Of a stretch of 64,000 bases of DNA, positions 38,541 to 49,576 are shown one piece after another. The notes beneath the pieces were generated by a model that worked only from the letters and a program-made list of their open reading frames with translations, was not told the origin of the DNA and did not search any database. Numbering within the stretch: the first letter of the stretch is position 1; every line of letters begins with the position of its first letter. The translations under genes and the position numbers were made by a program. This stretch comes from an uncultured Pseudomonadota bacterium (GTDB lineage Bacteria; Pseudomonadota; Alphaproteobacteria; UBA9219): contig CAIXHP010000026.1 of the NCBI GenBank assembly GCA_903919315.1, positions 10,428 to 74,427 on the forward strand, written 5' to 3'.

Positions 38541-40004
38541 ATGACGTTCACGGTCGCCATCGCAGGCCGCCCCAATGTGGGCAAATCTACTTTGTTCAAC
38601 CGTCTGTTGGGCAAGGCCATGGCTATCGTCGACGACACATCGGGCGTGACTCGCGACTGGCGCGAGGGCGAGGCCAAGTTGTTCGACCTGCGCTTTCGCC
38701 TGCTCGACACCGCCGGACTGGAAGACCTGCGCCCCAAAGGCAGCCTCGCCGCCCGCACGGCCGACCGCACCAAGTCGGCGCTGGAACAAGCCAACGTCAT
38801 CCTGATGATGGTCGATGGCCGCAACGGCCTGACCAACGACGACAAAATCATCGCCCGCGAAATCCGCAAAACCGGCAAGCCGATCATCCTGTTGGTCAAC
38901 AAATGCGAGGGCAGCAAACTGCCGCCGGGCTTCAACGAAGCCGCCGCGCTGGGTTTTGACGAGCCACTGGCCATTTCGGCGACGCACGGCGAAGGCTTCT
39001 CCGAAATGCACGAAGCCCTGTTGCCCTATGCGCCCAAGGATGCGAACGGCAAACTCATCGTCGGGCCGTCTTCGCAGGGCATGCTGGGAGGAGGGCGCAG
39101 CTGGCGCGAACGCGACCGCAAAGCCGCCGCTTCAAAAACCAAACCCACGACCGAAGAAGGCGAGTCCGCCGACGATGCCGAGGAAATGAGCCTTCACCTC
39201 GCCATCGCTGGCCGCCCGAACGCCGGAAAATCGACGCTGGTGAACAGCCTGATCGGCGAAGAACGCATGCTGACGGGGCCGGAACCGGGCCTCACCCGCG
39301 ATGCCATCCCCATCGGTTGGAGCTATCACGACAAGCCCATCCGTCTGGTCGACACCGCCGGACTACGCCGCCGCGCCCGTATCGAAGAGAAGCTGGAAAA
39401 GCTCAGTGCGCAGGAAACACTACGCGCCATCCGTCTCGCGCACGTCGTGGTTCTGGTCATCGACGCGGCGCAGCCCTTTGACAAACAGGACTACACCATC
39501 GCCCAGCATGTGGTGGAGGAAGGCCGCTGCCTCGTCGTCGCCATTAACAAATGGGACACCGTCAAGGAAAAGGTGGCCACGCTGCGCATGATCCAAGCCA
39601 AGATCGAAGTCTCGCTGGCGCAGGTAACCGGTGTGCCGCTCGTCACCATCTCGGCGCTCAACGGCGAAGGCCTCGACAAACTGATGAAGGAAGTCACGCG
39701 CATTTACGAGGTCTGGAACAAACGCATCACCACGGGCCAGCTCAACCGCTGGCTGGCTGGCATGCAAGCCGATCATCCGCCGCCCATCGTGGCAGGTCGC
39801 CGCGTCAAACTGCGCTATATGACCCAAGTCAAAGCCCGCCCGCCCACCTTCGCGGCATGGGTCAATAAGCCCGTAGACCTACCGGAAAGTTACACCCGCT
39901 TCCTCACCAACGGCCTCCGCAAAACCTTCAAACTCGAAGGCGTGCCGCTGCGCTGGCTGTTGAGGAAGGGCGAGAATCCCTATGAGGATGAGAAGAAGCG
40001 GTAG
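38541..40004 (+). CDS. der: Ribosome-associated GTPase Der (EngA), tandem GTPase domains plus KH-like domain
   Basis: Two G domains (GRPNVGKSTLFN, GRPNAGKSTLVN), DTAG motifs, 487 aa. Confidence 0.95.
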   Translation: MTFTVAIAGRPNVGKSTLFNRLLGKAMAIVDDTSGVTRDWREGEAKLFDLRFRLLDTAGLEDLRPKGSLAARTADRTKSALEQANVILMMVDGRNGLTNDDKIIAREIRKTGKPIILLVNKCEGSKLPPGFNEAAALGFDEPLAISATHGEGFSEMHEALLPYAPKDANGKLIVGPSSQGMLGGGRSWRERDRKAAASKTKPTTEEGESADDAEEMSLHLAIAGRPNAGKSTLVNSLIGEERMLTGPEPGLTRDAIPIGWSYHDKPIRLVDTAGLRRRARIEEKLEKLSAQETLRAIRLAHVVVLVIDAAQPFDKQDYTIAQHVVEEGRCLVVAINKWDTVKEKVATLRMIQAKIEVSLAQVTGVPLVTISALNGEGLDKLMKEVTRIYEVWNKRITTGQLNRWLAGMQADHPPPIVAGRRVKLRYMTQVKARPPTFAAWVNKPVDLPESYTRFLTNGLRKTFKLEGVPLRWLLRKGENPYEDEKKR

Positions 40005-40112
40005 GGGGAAAGAGATATTCATCGGATAGCTGTCGTGCGCAGTCAACTATCTTGGAAATTTTCCTCACGGAAATCGAAACCTAAACTTACAAGGAGACAC
40101 CATCGTTCATTC

Positions 40113-40721
40113 CTAGTTCTTTCTGCGCTTATCAGGCGTCCCCACATTTGACAACGGAGCTTTTGGCGCGTTTTTTAAAATTTGTTCTATAGGAATTTTT
40201 CTAACAATCTCTAGAATCTCTCTTTCTTCTTCTGCTATCTTTGTGTCAACAAACTGAACCCATGTTTTTGCTAGATCAATAATTGATTCTATTTCCACAG
40301 TTGACAAACAAGCCACCCTCGTATGCTGGCACTCGATAGAGCTAATACCTTCTTGTTCAACTCGCTCAACCCAATATCTCGCTATTGGCTGACTTTCCTC
40401 ATATGAATTGACCGAATGTGCAATATGTTTATCCCTTATCGCCATCAGACGTTCATGAAAAGCTATTTGTTGCGGAGCAAGCACCACATACCGTTGCTCA
40501 TATAAGGAGACTCTCCGTATACCACCACTAAAAACCCGTCCATACTTGATAATTGCCGCAATCATAAGTGGCTCAACATATGTGCCGAGATTATAGCCAT
40601 TTTTCTGCAGTTCACTCGCGTACTCTAGTACACACAACAAGTCGACACGAACGCTCGTGTAGTCCGAGAGACGCTGGGTATCATCTGTATTTTCTAAATG
40701 AACAAAAGCGTTTGTAGCCAT
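40113..40721 (-). CDS. Hypothetical protein (202 aa) in an AT-rich (about 40% GC) island between der and purF
   Basis: Long ORF in strongly AT-rich DNA. No recognisable domain. Glu/Ile-rich C-terminus. Confidence 0.45.
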   Translation of the reverse strand: MATNAFVHLENTDDTQRLSDYTSVRVDLLCVLEYASELQKNGYNLGTYVEPLMIAAIIKYGRVFSGGIRRVSLYEQRYVVLAPQQIAFHERLMAIRDKHIAHSVNSYEESQPIARYWVERVEQEGISSIECQHTRVACLSTVEIESIIDLAKTWVQFVDTKIAEEEREILEIVRKIPIEQILKNAPKAPLSNVGTPDKRRKN

Positions 40722-41013
40722 AGCGCCAGCCTCAACTAAGACAGAAACTATAAACGCTCAAACTGATCGCGGAAGCAAGGGATAACTCATCGGGTTAGGA
40801 TGTCAGGCAAACAGATTTCCTGATGGAATCACTCATCACCCAATTGTGCAGCAAGGCTATGGTTCAACACACAACACTCGGGCAAAATGAGCCAGACAGA
40901 AAAAACTATGGTTCGGTTAATGCTGCTTGATTTAAATTAGACTCGCCGCCTACGCGGAAATGACCATAACCGAATTCGTGCGCCCCATGACCTAGGGGAA
41001 ACTTCACCCAGAC

Positions 41014-42471
41014 CTACTCGCTCGCCTTCGCGAGAAAGGACAGTTCGCCCTGATTCACATTGCTGTTCAGGTCGGTGAGGGGGATGGGGTAGTCGCCGGT
41101 GAAGCACGCGTCGCAATACTGCGGCTCGTCGGCGTTGCGCCGCGCTTCGCCGAGGGCGCGGTAGAGGCCGTCCATTGAAACAAAGGCCAGCGTTTCCACG
41201 CCGATGTATTTTGCCATCTGCTCGATGGTGTAATTGTGGGCCAGCAGTTTCTCCGGCTCCGGCGTGTCGATGCCGTAAAAGCAGCTGTGCTTGGTCGGCG
41301 GGCTGGAAATACGCATATGGACTTCCTTCGCGCCCGCGTTGCGCACCATCTCGACGATCTTGACGGAAGTCGTGCCGCGCACGATGGAGTCGTCCAACAA
41401 CACCACGCGCTTGCCTTCGATGAAGCGGCGATTGGCGTTATGCTTCAGGCGCACGCCCAAATGGCGGATACGGTCACCCGGCTGAATGAAGGTGCGGCCC
41501 ACATAGTGGTTGCGGATAATGCCGAGGTCAAAGGGTATGCCGCTTTCCTGCGCATAGCCGATGGCTGTTGGCACGCCTGAGTCGGGAACGGGCACGACGA
41601 TGTCGGCCTCGACAGGCGCTTCTTTGGCCAACTCGATGCCGATCAACTTACGCGCCTCGTACACCGAACGGCCTTCGAGCGAGGAGTCGGGCCGCGCGAA
41701 ATAGACATACTCAAAAATGCAGAATTTGCGCGGCACCGAGGCGAAGGGCTTCAGGCTCACCAGTTCAGAGCCATCCAAAACAACCAGTTCGCCCGGCTCC
41801 ACGTCGCGGACAAACGTCGCGTCGATGATGTCGAGGGCGCACGTCTCGCTCGCCAGAACCCACGAGTCGTTGAGCTTGCCGATCACCAGAGGCCGCACGC
41901 CATGCGGGTCGCGCACGCCAAAGACCTTGCCTTGCGCCATGCAGATCAGCGAATAAGCGCCTTCGACCTGTCGCAGAGCCTCGATGAAGCGGTCAATCAC
42001 GCTGCCGCTGCGCGCGATCGCCATCAGATGAATGATGACTTCGGTGTCGGAGGTGGAGCGGAACAAACAACCGCGCTTCACCAACTGCCGCCGCAACGTG
42101 TAGGCGTTGGACAGATTGCCGTTGTGGGCGATGGCGAAACCGCCAAAATCGAAATCGGCGAAAAACGGCTGGACATTGCGCAGAGCGGTGTCGCCGGACG
42201 TGGCATAGCGAACATGGCCGATGGCGGACGAGCCAATCAGACGCTTGATAATGGCTTCGGAGTTAAACGTCTCGCCAACATGGCCCAGCGCATGATGCGA
42301 GTGAAAATGCTCGCCGTCATAACTGACGATCCCGGCGGCTTCCTGCCCGCGATGCTGAAGGGCATGCAGACCCAACGCCGTCATAGCGGTCGCGGAGTCG
42401 GAATGGATAATGCCAAACACGCCGCACTCTTCGTGCAGCTTGTCGTCGTCCAACGGGTTCGTTGTAAGCAT
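41014..42471 (-). CDS. purF: Amidophosphoribosyltransferase
   Basis: Propeptide then CGVFGI Ntn-hydrolase start. PRTase motif. 485 aa. Confidence 0.95.
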   Translation of the reverse strand: MLTTNPLDDDKLHEECGVFGIIHSDSATAMTALGLHALQHRGQEAAGIVSYDGEHFHSHHALGHVGETFNSEAIIKRLIGSSAIGHVRYATSGDTALRNVQPFFADFDFGGFAIAHNGNLSNAYTLRRQLVKRGCLFRSTSDTEVIIHLMAIARSGSVIDRFIEALRQVEGAYSLICMAQGKVFGVRDPHGVRPLVIGKLNDSWVLASETCALDIIDATFVRDVEPGELVVLDGSELVSLKPFASVPRKFCIFEYVYFARPDSSLEGRSVYEARKLIGIELAKEAPVEADIVVPVPDSGVPTAIGYAQESGIPFDLGIIRNHYVGRTFIQPGDRIRHLGVRLKHNANRRFIEGKRVVLLDDSIVRGTTSVKIVEMVRNAGAKEVHMRISSPPTKHSCFYGIDTPEPEKLLAHNYTIEQMAKYIGVETLAFVSMDGLYRALGEARRNADEPQYCDACFTGDYPIPLTDLNSNVNQGELSFLAKASE

Positions 42472-43157
42472 TATGGCCTACCCTTCTTTTCAACCAGATC
42501 GTTCATTTTGGTGCGCGCATCGTCTTCATAAGCGGGAGCATCTCCCCCCTTCACGGCGGGCGTTGGCGTGGAAAGTCGTTCCAACTGCTCGGCGGCCTCG
42601 ACGGCATCAATGCCCTGATCGCGCTTTTTGCGCATAGCCGCAGCGGCTTTGTCCTGCTCATCCTGCGGCATCAATTCTTTGACCAAATCGGCGCCGAAGG
42701 CAAGGACGGGTTCGGTTCTGGCCTCGGCCAGCCAGTCGGGCAACGTGTCTTCCTTTTTATCCAAGAAAACCCACGTCGCGGCAAGATAAAGCAGGGACAT
42801 GACCAATAGACCACGCACGAACCCGAACACCAAGCCCAAAGACCGGTCAATGGCCGTTAGAGTCTTGCCTTTGACCATGCCCGACAAAAGGTTGCCGATA
42901 GGGATGAGGATGATCATCGCCAGACAGAACAGACCCAGCGCCGTGGCGGCGTCCGATCCCATCTCGCTTTTGATGTGCGAATGAACCCAAGGCTTGGCGA
43001 CGGGATATAGCGTGACCGCTGCAAAAGAAGCGCCGACCCAAGCGCCAAGCGAGAAAACCTCACGCACCAGACCGCGCCAAAAAGCCAGTCCGCCCGACAA
43101 AAGCAGAACGACAAGCACCGAAAGGTCAACCACGTTAAAGCCAGAGTGTTGTTCCAT
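42471..43157 (-). CDS. cvpA: CvpA-family membrane protein (colicin V production protein homolog)
   Basis: N-terminal four-TM CvpA domain. Classic cvpA-purF pairing. Acidic C-terminal extension. Confidence 0.8.
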   Translation of the reverse strand: MEQHSGFNVVDLSVLVVLLLSGGLAFWRGLVREVFSLGAWVGASFAAVTLYPVAKPWVHSHIKSEMGSDAATALGLFCLAMIILIPIGNLLSGMVKGKTLTAIDRSLGLVFGFVRGLLVMSLLYLAATWVFLDKKEDTLPDWLAEARTEPVLAFGADLVKELMPQDEQDKAAAAMRKKRDQGIDAVEAAEQLERLSTPTPAVKGGDAPAYEDDARTKMNDLVEKKGRP

Positions 43158-43365
43158 TTTCCTTACCGCCTGACCATGAACGGCCCCTGTCTAGCACAAA
43201 TCGCGGCAAAGTTAATGCTTTCCTGCAAACAAAAGGGCCGAAGATTCCGTTTTTTTGGTTCTGCCTGAAAAAGTTAACCGAAGCGGCATGAAACGGACAA
43301 AAACCTGTTTAAGCCGAAAGAAGTAAGTATGATGTCGCTATGTATCGTAATTTACGGGCTATTTT

Positions 43366-44130
43366 ATGAGTTTCGGATACACGGATCATTTAAACGTTAC
43401 GGCTGGCCTGCGGAAATTTTGCGGCCTTTGGGATATACCCTATCCCAAAGACGGCGAGTTCTTTGATGGCACAGAGAGCCAGATTTGCTTTACGCCCTTT
43501 GGCCTCGTCATACGGCTTGGGCTTGCGCCCCATCCCCTTGCCGATTATTACCATCCGCTTGTATTGCAACCACTGGCTGCTGCGAAACTGGGCGGCGGTC
43601 GCGTTCTGGAGATTCTGCCCTGGCTTGATACGAACGTGCAGGTGTGGGAGAGCCTTGATTTTGCCGACAGACTCATCCAAGCAACGGAGCCTGACTGGCA
43701 TTGGGCGCACGATCACGTTGCCCGGCGCAATCATGGTCGATTCTCCTGCGAGGATGAGGACATTATCGTCTTGATCGACCGTGGAATGCTGGCGGAAAAC
43801 CGCAGCGCAAAAACGGATCGCGGAACGCAAGGGAAGAACCATAGGTTTCGGCAACAAGCCGACATGTTTGCGACACGATCGCCGCAGGCAAAAGTTTTCA
43901 CCCCATTGAGCAAAGAACTGCGCAAAGCATGCCCCGACGGACTAATGCAGCCCCCGGATAAGCTAAAATTGCAAATATTCTTGGAAAAATGCATGCGAAT
44001 GGCCAACGGCAGCCAACGCGCGCCCCTGACAACGCAAATCCCCAACATCGTTCGGGCAGAGGCCCCTGACCTAAACCGCTATCTACGCGCCACCCGCCAT
44101 CAGTTCTTGCGCCAAGCGGCACCATGCTAG
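43366..44130 (+). CDS. Hypothetical protein (254 aa)
   Basis: ORF with an AT-rich upstream region. No recognisable motif. Trp/His-rich centre. Confidence 0.45.
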   Translation: MSFGYTDHLNVTAGLRKFCGLWDIPYPKDGEFFDGTESQICFTPFGLVIRLGLAPHPLADYYHPLVLQPLAAAKLGGGRVLEILPWLDTNVQVWESLDFADRLIQATEPDWHWAHDHVARRNHGRFSCEDEDIIVLIDRGMLAENRSAKTDRGTQGKNHRFRQQADMFATRSPQAKVFTPLSKELRKACPDGLMQPPDKLKLQIFLEKCMRMANGSQRAPLTTQIPNIVRAEAPDLNRYLRATRHQFLRQAAPC

Positions 44131-45536
44131 GCTTGTTTCTTTCGGGCAATGGAATTTGCCGACTGGAACAGTGGCAGCAACTCATGCAGCCGGTCGATTT
44201 CGATACGGCGCAGGCTGGTGTCGGCGAGGGTTTTGCGGCTTGTGTCGGTTTTGGGCATGATGGTCTGGCCAAAGCCGAGTTTGGCGGCTTCCTTCAACCG
44301 CAACGCCGGTTGCGCAACCCGACGCACTTCGCCGGACAAGCCGATTTCACCAAACACGACAGCCTCAGCCGGAACCGGCTCGCCCGTGAGGGAGGAGAGC
44401 AGGGCGGCGGCCACGGCCAAATCAGCCGCAGGCTCGGTGATCCGCAAGCCCCCCGCCACATTTAAGTACACGTCATTGTTGCCGAAACTAACGCCGCAAC
44501 GGGCCTCCAGAACGGCCAAGACCATCGCCAAGCGCCCGCTGTCCCACCCGATGACCGCGCGGCGCGGTGTGCCGAGCGCGGAGGGGGCTACTAGCGCTTG
44601 AATTTCCACCAGAACAGGCCGCGTTCCCTCTAAGCCCGCGAAAACCGCCGCGCCCGACGTATCGCCGCGCCGATCCGCGAGAAACAGGGCCGAAGGGTTG
44701 TGAACTTCGGCCAAACCCTTGTCGGTCATTTCGAACACGCCGATTTCGTCCGTGGGGCCAAAGCGGTTTTTGACGGCGCGAAGGATGCGGAACTGGTGGC
44801 CGCGTTCGCCTTCCAGATACAGGACGGTGTCCACCATATGCTCCAACACGCGCGGCCCGGCGATCATGCCTTCCTTGGTGACGTGGCCGACGAGGATCAG
44901 GGCGATGTTGCGCTTTTTGGCGGCGCGGATCAGTTCCTGCGCCGAGGTGCGCACCTGCGCCACCGTACCGGGGGCGCTGTCGATGGTGTCGACATACATG
45001 GTTTGGATGGAATCGATGATAAGGATGTCCGGCGCGTCGGGAGCGTCAATGCTGGCCACGATGTCGCGGATGGAAGTCGCGCTGGCGAGATCGCAGCTCA
45101 CTTCCGCCACGCCCAGCCGCGCGGCGCGGAGCCGCACTTGGTCGATGGCCTCTTCGCCAGAAATGTAGGCAACGTGGCTCTGTCCCGCGAGCTTGCACAC
45201 CACCTGCAGCAGCAGCGTGGACTTGCCGATGCCCGGATCGCCGCCGACGAGGGTAGCCGAGCCGGGGACAAGCCCTCCGCCCACCACGCGGTCAAACTCG
45301 CCGATCTGCGACAGACGGCGCGGACGAGGCGTTTCGGTGCCTTTCAGCGGCACAAATTCGATCCGCCGTCCTTTGCCCTTCAGCTTTGCGCCGTCGCTTA
45401 GACCCTTGGGCGGGCCATCGGCTACGGCTTCTTCGACCAGCGAATTCCAGTCGCCGCAAGCCTCGCACTTGCCCCCCCACTTCGCCGAAGAAGCGCCGCA
45501 CGACTGACAGACAAACTGGGTGGTTGGTTTCGCCAT
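44127..45536 (-). CDS. radA: DNA repair protein RadA/Sms
   Basis: N-terminal C4 Zn finger (CQSCGASSAKWGGKCEACGDWNS), RecA-like Walker A GDPGIGKSTLLLQ, Lon-like C-terminal domain. Confidence 0.95.
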   Translation of the reverse strand: MAKPTTQFVCQSCGASSAKWGGKCEACGDWNSLVEEAVADGPPKGLSDGAKLKGKGRRIEFVPLKGTETPRPRRLSQIGEFDRVVGGGLVPGSATLVGGDPGIGKSTLLLQVVCKLAGQSHVAYISGEEAIDQVRLRAARLGVAEVSCDLASATSIRDIVASIDAPDAPDILIIDSIQTMYVDTIDSAPGTVAQVRTSAQELIRAAKKRNIALILVGHVTKEGMIAGPRVLEHMVDTVLYLEGERGHQFRILRAVKNRFGPTDEIGVFEMTDKGLAEVHNPSALFLADRRGDTSGAAVFAGLEGTRPVLVEIQALVAPSALGTPRRAVIGWDSGRLAMVLAVLEARCGVSFGNNDVYLNVAGGLRITEPAADLAVAAALLSSLTGEPVPAEAVVFGEIGLSGEVRRVAQPALRLKEAAKLGFGQTIMPKTDTSRKTLADTSLRRIEIDRLHELLPLFQSANSIARKKQA

Positions 45537-45600
45537 AGGCCCATTGTTCCCCGTTTGTTCCCATTTGTCAACACCCGGATTGGTTCATTTCCTGAAAAAA

Positions 45601-48444
45601 TCAAGCCCGCTTTTTCGTCCGTAGGCCCCTGCGTTCCAAATAAGGGGCCAGATAGCGGGCGGTGTAACTTGCGGCCACCGAGGCCACATCCTCCGGCGTG
45701 CCGCTGGCGACGATTTGACCGCCGCCGTCGCCGCCTTCGGGGCCGAGGTCGATGATGTGGTCGGCGGTTTTGATGACTTCAAGGTTGTGTTCGATCACGA
45801 CCACGGTATTGCCCTGATCGACCAGCGTGTGCAGTACCTCAAGCAGTTTTTCCACGTCGGCGAAGTGCAACCCCGTCGTCGGTTCGTCGAGAATGTAGAG
45901 CGTCTTGCCTGTCGCGCGGCGCGACAGTTCCTTCGCCAACTTCACCCGCTGCGCCTCGCCGCCGGAAAGTGTGGTTGCGGCCTGCCCGATTTTGACATAG
46001 CCAAGCCCGACACGCTCCAGCGTCGCCATCTTGTCGCGGATCGACGGCACGGCGGCAAAGAACAAAGCGCCTTCCTCAACCGTCATGTCCAGAATGTCGG
46101 CGATGGACTTCTCGCGGTAGGTGACTTCGAGCGTCTCGCGGTTGTAGCGCTTGCCGTGGCAGGCATCGCACGTTACGAAGACATCCGGCAGGAAGTGCAT
46201 TTCGATCTTGATAACGCCATCACCCTCGCAAGCCTCGCAGCGTCCGCCTTTGACGTTGAACGAGAACCGCCCCGGCCCATAGCCTCGCGCCTTTGATTCA
46301 GGTAAACCAGCAAACCACTCGCGGATCGGCGTAAACGCCCCCGTATAGGTGGCCGGGTTCGAGCGCGGCGTGCGACCGATGGGCGATTGATCGATGTCCA
46401 CAATTTTGTCGATATGCTCGATGCCTTTCAGCGCGTCATGCGCTCCCGGAATTTCACGGGCGTTGTTGAGCTTCTTCGCCAAAGCCTTGTAGAGCGTTTC
46501 GATCACCAACGTCGATTTTCCACCGCCCGACACGCCCGTAACGCAGGTGAACGTGCCGAGGGGAAAACGCACATTGATGTTTTGCAGATTGTTTTCGCGC
46601 GCGCCGATCACTTCAAGCCATTTGCCCTTATGACCGCCCCGCCGCGTGGCCGGAAGGGGGATTTTCCGAACGCCGCTGAGATATTGCGCCGTGATGCTGT
46701 CCGGATTGGCCATAACTTCATCGGGCGTACCCGCCGCAATGACATGACCGCCATGCACGCCCGCGCCCGGCCCCATGTCGATGAGGTAGTCGGCGGTACG
46801 AATGGCATCCTCGTCATGCTCGACCACCAGAACCGTGTTGCCGAGATCGCGAAGGCGCTTCAGCGTGGCCAGCAAACGGTCGTTGTCGCGTTGATGCAGC
46901 CCGATCGAAGGCTCGTCCAGCACATACAGTACCCCCGTGAGGCCGGAGCCGATTTGCGAGGCAAGGCGAATACGCTGGCTCTCGCCGCCCGACAACGTGC
47001 CGCTGCCCCGCGCCAAGGTCAGATATTCAAGCCCGACATTGTTGAGAAATCCCAGACGGTCATTGATTTCTTTAAGCACCCGCGCCGCGATTTCGCGTTG
47101 TTTGGGTGTCAGGCGCGGCGACAAACCTGCAAACCACGCGCCTGCCGCCTTGATCGAGAATGCGGTTACCTCGCTGATGTTTAGCCCATCAATTTTGACC
47201 GCCAGAGCTTCCGGCTTCAAACGCTGCCCGCCGCACACGTCGCAGGGCTTGCTGGCCTGATAGCGCGACAATTCCTCGCGCATCCAATTGCTTTCGGTGG
47301 TTCGCCAACGACGCTCCAGATTCTTGAGAACCCCTTCAAACGGCTTGTCGTGTTTATAGGTATGGTTGCCGTCCTGATAGGTGAAAACGATTTTCTCGTC
47401 GCCGCTTCCGTGCAGGACAATCTGGCGAAAGCGTTCGTCCAAATCTTTCCACGGCGTCGCCATATTGGCTTTATAGGCGCGGCAGAGGGCCGTGAGAATC
47501 TGCATATAAAAGGTCTTCCACGGCGCAATCGCTTCGTCCGACAGGCTGAGGTTTGTGTCGGGCACCACCAGCGCCGGATCGAAATACAGTTTTTCGCCCA
47601 ACCCGTCGCAGGCCGGACACGCCCCGTGCGGATTGTTGAACGAAAACAAGCGCGGCTCGATCTCGTCAATCGTGAAGCCGCTGACGGGGCAGGCGAATTT
47701 GGCGGAGAAGACCAGATGCTTGTCCGCGCCCACGACTTCGACAAACAACAGTCCGTCCGCCAGTTTCAACGCCGTTTCGACGGAGTCCGCGAGACGGTTG
47801 CCGAGGTCGGGCTTGACCACCACGCGATCCACGACGACGGCTATATCGTGCTTCAGCTTCTTATTGAGAGTGGGCGCGTCTTCGATGTCGTAGATTTCGC
47901 CGTCGATTTTGACGCGCTGGAAACCTTGCTTGCGCAAGTCGTTCAGTTCCTTGCGATACTCGCCCTTACGGCCGCGCACGATGGGGGCGAGGAGGAGGAG
48001 CTTGGTACCCTCCGGCATCGCCTTGATGCGATCCACCATCTGAGTCACGGTCTGGCTTTCTATGGGCAAGCCCGTCGCGGGCGAGTAAGGCACGCCGATA
48101 CGCGCGAACAGCAACCGCATATAGTCATAGATTTCGGTGACGGTGCCGACCGTCGAACGCGGATTGCGCGATGTCGTCTTTTGCTCGATGGAAATGGCGG
48201 GCGAGAGGCCGTCGATGCCGTCAACGTCCGGCTTTTGCTGCATCTCTAAAAACTGCCGCGCGTAGGCCGACAGGCTTTCGACATAGCGCCGCTGCCCCTC
48301 GGCATAGATGGTGTCAAAGGCCAGCGACGACTTCCCCGAACCGCTCAGACCCGTGATGACGACAAGCCGGTCGCGCGGCATCGTCACGTCGATGTTCTTG
48401 AGATTGTGTTCGCGCGCGCCGCGCACATGAAGCGTCTGTTGCAT
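45601..48444 (-). CDS. uvrA: Excinuclease ABC subunit A
   Basis: 947 aa. Two ABC ATPase modules and Zn-finger cysteines. Confidence 0.95.
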   Translation of the reverse strand: MQQTLHVRGAREHNLKNIDVTMPRDRLVVITGLSGSGKSSLAFDTIYAEGQRRYVESLSAYARQFLEMQQKPDVDGIDGLSPAISIEQKTTSRNPRSTVGTVTEIYDYMRLLFARIGVPYSPATGLPIESQTVTQMVDRIKAMPEGTKLLLLAPIVRGRKGEYRKELNDLRKQGFQRVKIDGEIYDIEDAPTLNKKLKHDIAVVVDRVVVKPDLGNRLADSVETALKLADGLLFVEVVGADKHLVFSAKFACPVSGFTIDEIEPRLFSFNNPHGACPACDGLGEKLYFDPALVVPDTNLSLSDEAIAPWKTFYMQILTALCRAYKANMATPWKDLDERFRQIVLHGSGDEKIVFTYQDGNHTYKHDKPFEGVLKNLERRWRTTESNWMREELSRYQASKPCDVCGGQRLKPEALAVKIDGLNISEVTAFSIKAAGAWFAGLSPRLTPKQREIAARVLKEINDRLGFLNNVGLEYLTLARGSGTLSGGESQRIRLASQIGSGLTGVLYVLDEPSIGLHQRDNDRLLATLKRLRDLGNTVLVVEHDEDAIRTADYLIDMGPGAGVHGGHVIAAGTPDEVMANPDSITAQYLSGVRKIPLPATRRGGHKGKWLEVIGARENNLQNINVRFPLGTFTCVTGVSGGGKSTLVIETLYKALAKKLNNAREIPGAHDALKGIEHIDKIVDIDQSPIGRTPRSNPATYTGAFTPIREWFAGLPESKARGYGPGRFSFNVKGGRCEACEGDGVIKIEMHFLPDVFVTCDACHGKRYNRETLEVTYREKSIADILDMTVEEGALFFAAVPSIRDKMATLERVGLGYVKIGQAATTLSGGEAQRVKLAKELSRRATGKTLYILDEPTTGLHFADVEKLLEVLHTLVDQGNTVVVIEHNLEVIKTADHIIDLGPEGGDGGGQIVASGTPEDVASVAASYTARYLAPYLERRGLRTKKRA

Positions 48445-48629
48445 AGGGGCACTATGGCGATTCGGCGGAAAAATTGCCAGAAGAATTTGTACTTGTTTTG
48501 TTCTTGTGGCGTGCTAGATTGCTCCACAGGTCACAAAGCGGTTCCGGCAAGGGAATGCCGCTTGTGATTTCAGGCGCGGCGGCTAAACTCGCGCTCGAAT
48601 TCTCCGAAACGCCCATTCACAGGTGCATC

Positions 48630-49097
48630 ATGGCAGGCAGCGTCAACAAGGTCATCATCGTCGGCAATCTGGGCAAAGACCCCGAAGTCCGGTCGTTCCA
48701 AAACGGCGGCCGCGTCGCGCACATGACCGTGGCGACATCCGAGAGCTGGAAGGACAAAGCCACCGGCGAGAAAAAAGAACGCACCGAGTGGCACCGCGTT
48801 TCGATCATGAACGAGAATCTGGTCGGCGTGGCCGAGCGCTACCTGAAGAAGGGCGCGAAGGTCTATATCGAAGGCCAGCTTGAAACCCGCAAATGGACGG
48901 ACAAGGACGGGCAGGAGAAATACACCACGGAAATCGTGCTGCGTCCCTTTCGCGGCGAGCTGACGATGCTGGACGGCGCTAATCGTGGCGGCTCCGGCGG
49001 CGGCGACTACGCTATGCCCGACAACGCGCCCTCGTCGCTATCCTCCGGCGGCGGCAAGAGCAGCGCGCCTGAATTGGACGACGACATCCCGTTCTGA
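48630..49097 (+). CDS. ssb: Single-stranded DNA-binding protein
   Basis: [23 protein letters not shown]-fold start. Gly-rich tail ending DDDIPF. Divergent from uvrA (classic arrangement). Confidence 0.9.
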   Translation: MAGSVNKVIIVGNLGKDPEVRSFQNGGRVAHMTVATSESWKDKATGEKKERTEWHRVSIMNENLVGVAERYLKKGAKVYIEGQLETRKWTDKDGQEKYTTEIVLRPFRGELTMLDGANRGGSGGGDYAMPDNAPSSLSSGGGKSSAPELDDDIPF

Positions 49098-49576
49098 GAT
49101 ACGGACCCTTTCACAAGCTTCATTTGCAACCCAACACGGCCGGGAAAACGACTGGTTTTTCTCTGCGCTATGGCGTGGGCGCATTCGTGGCCACTGCGCT
49201 CGACGGACATACCCAAACCCAGCCTCCGGCACAACCTCAAGCCGTGTTTCGCGTCTATTTTTAGCCTTTAAAGCGTTTCGCTCCAGAGACGAATTTATCC
49301 CCCAATCCTGTGGATAACTCTGTTGGTAATCGTCGGAAAAGGGCCAAGACCCCGCCCGAAAGCTGGACTTTTAGCCTATTGCTTAAAATATAGGCAATTA
49401 TACTTAACCTATTGGAATAAGCTGATGATTTTGTGTTCACAACGTGGCAAGGCCGACGAAATCATCATTTTGCCGTATTTTAAGGCGGATTCGCGATTCC
49501 TGTGTACAAAGGACTCGCGTGACGACTGCATTCCAGCACAAGTCAAGACAGAAAATACATACTTACTAAAAAAAAG

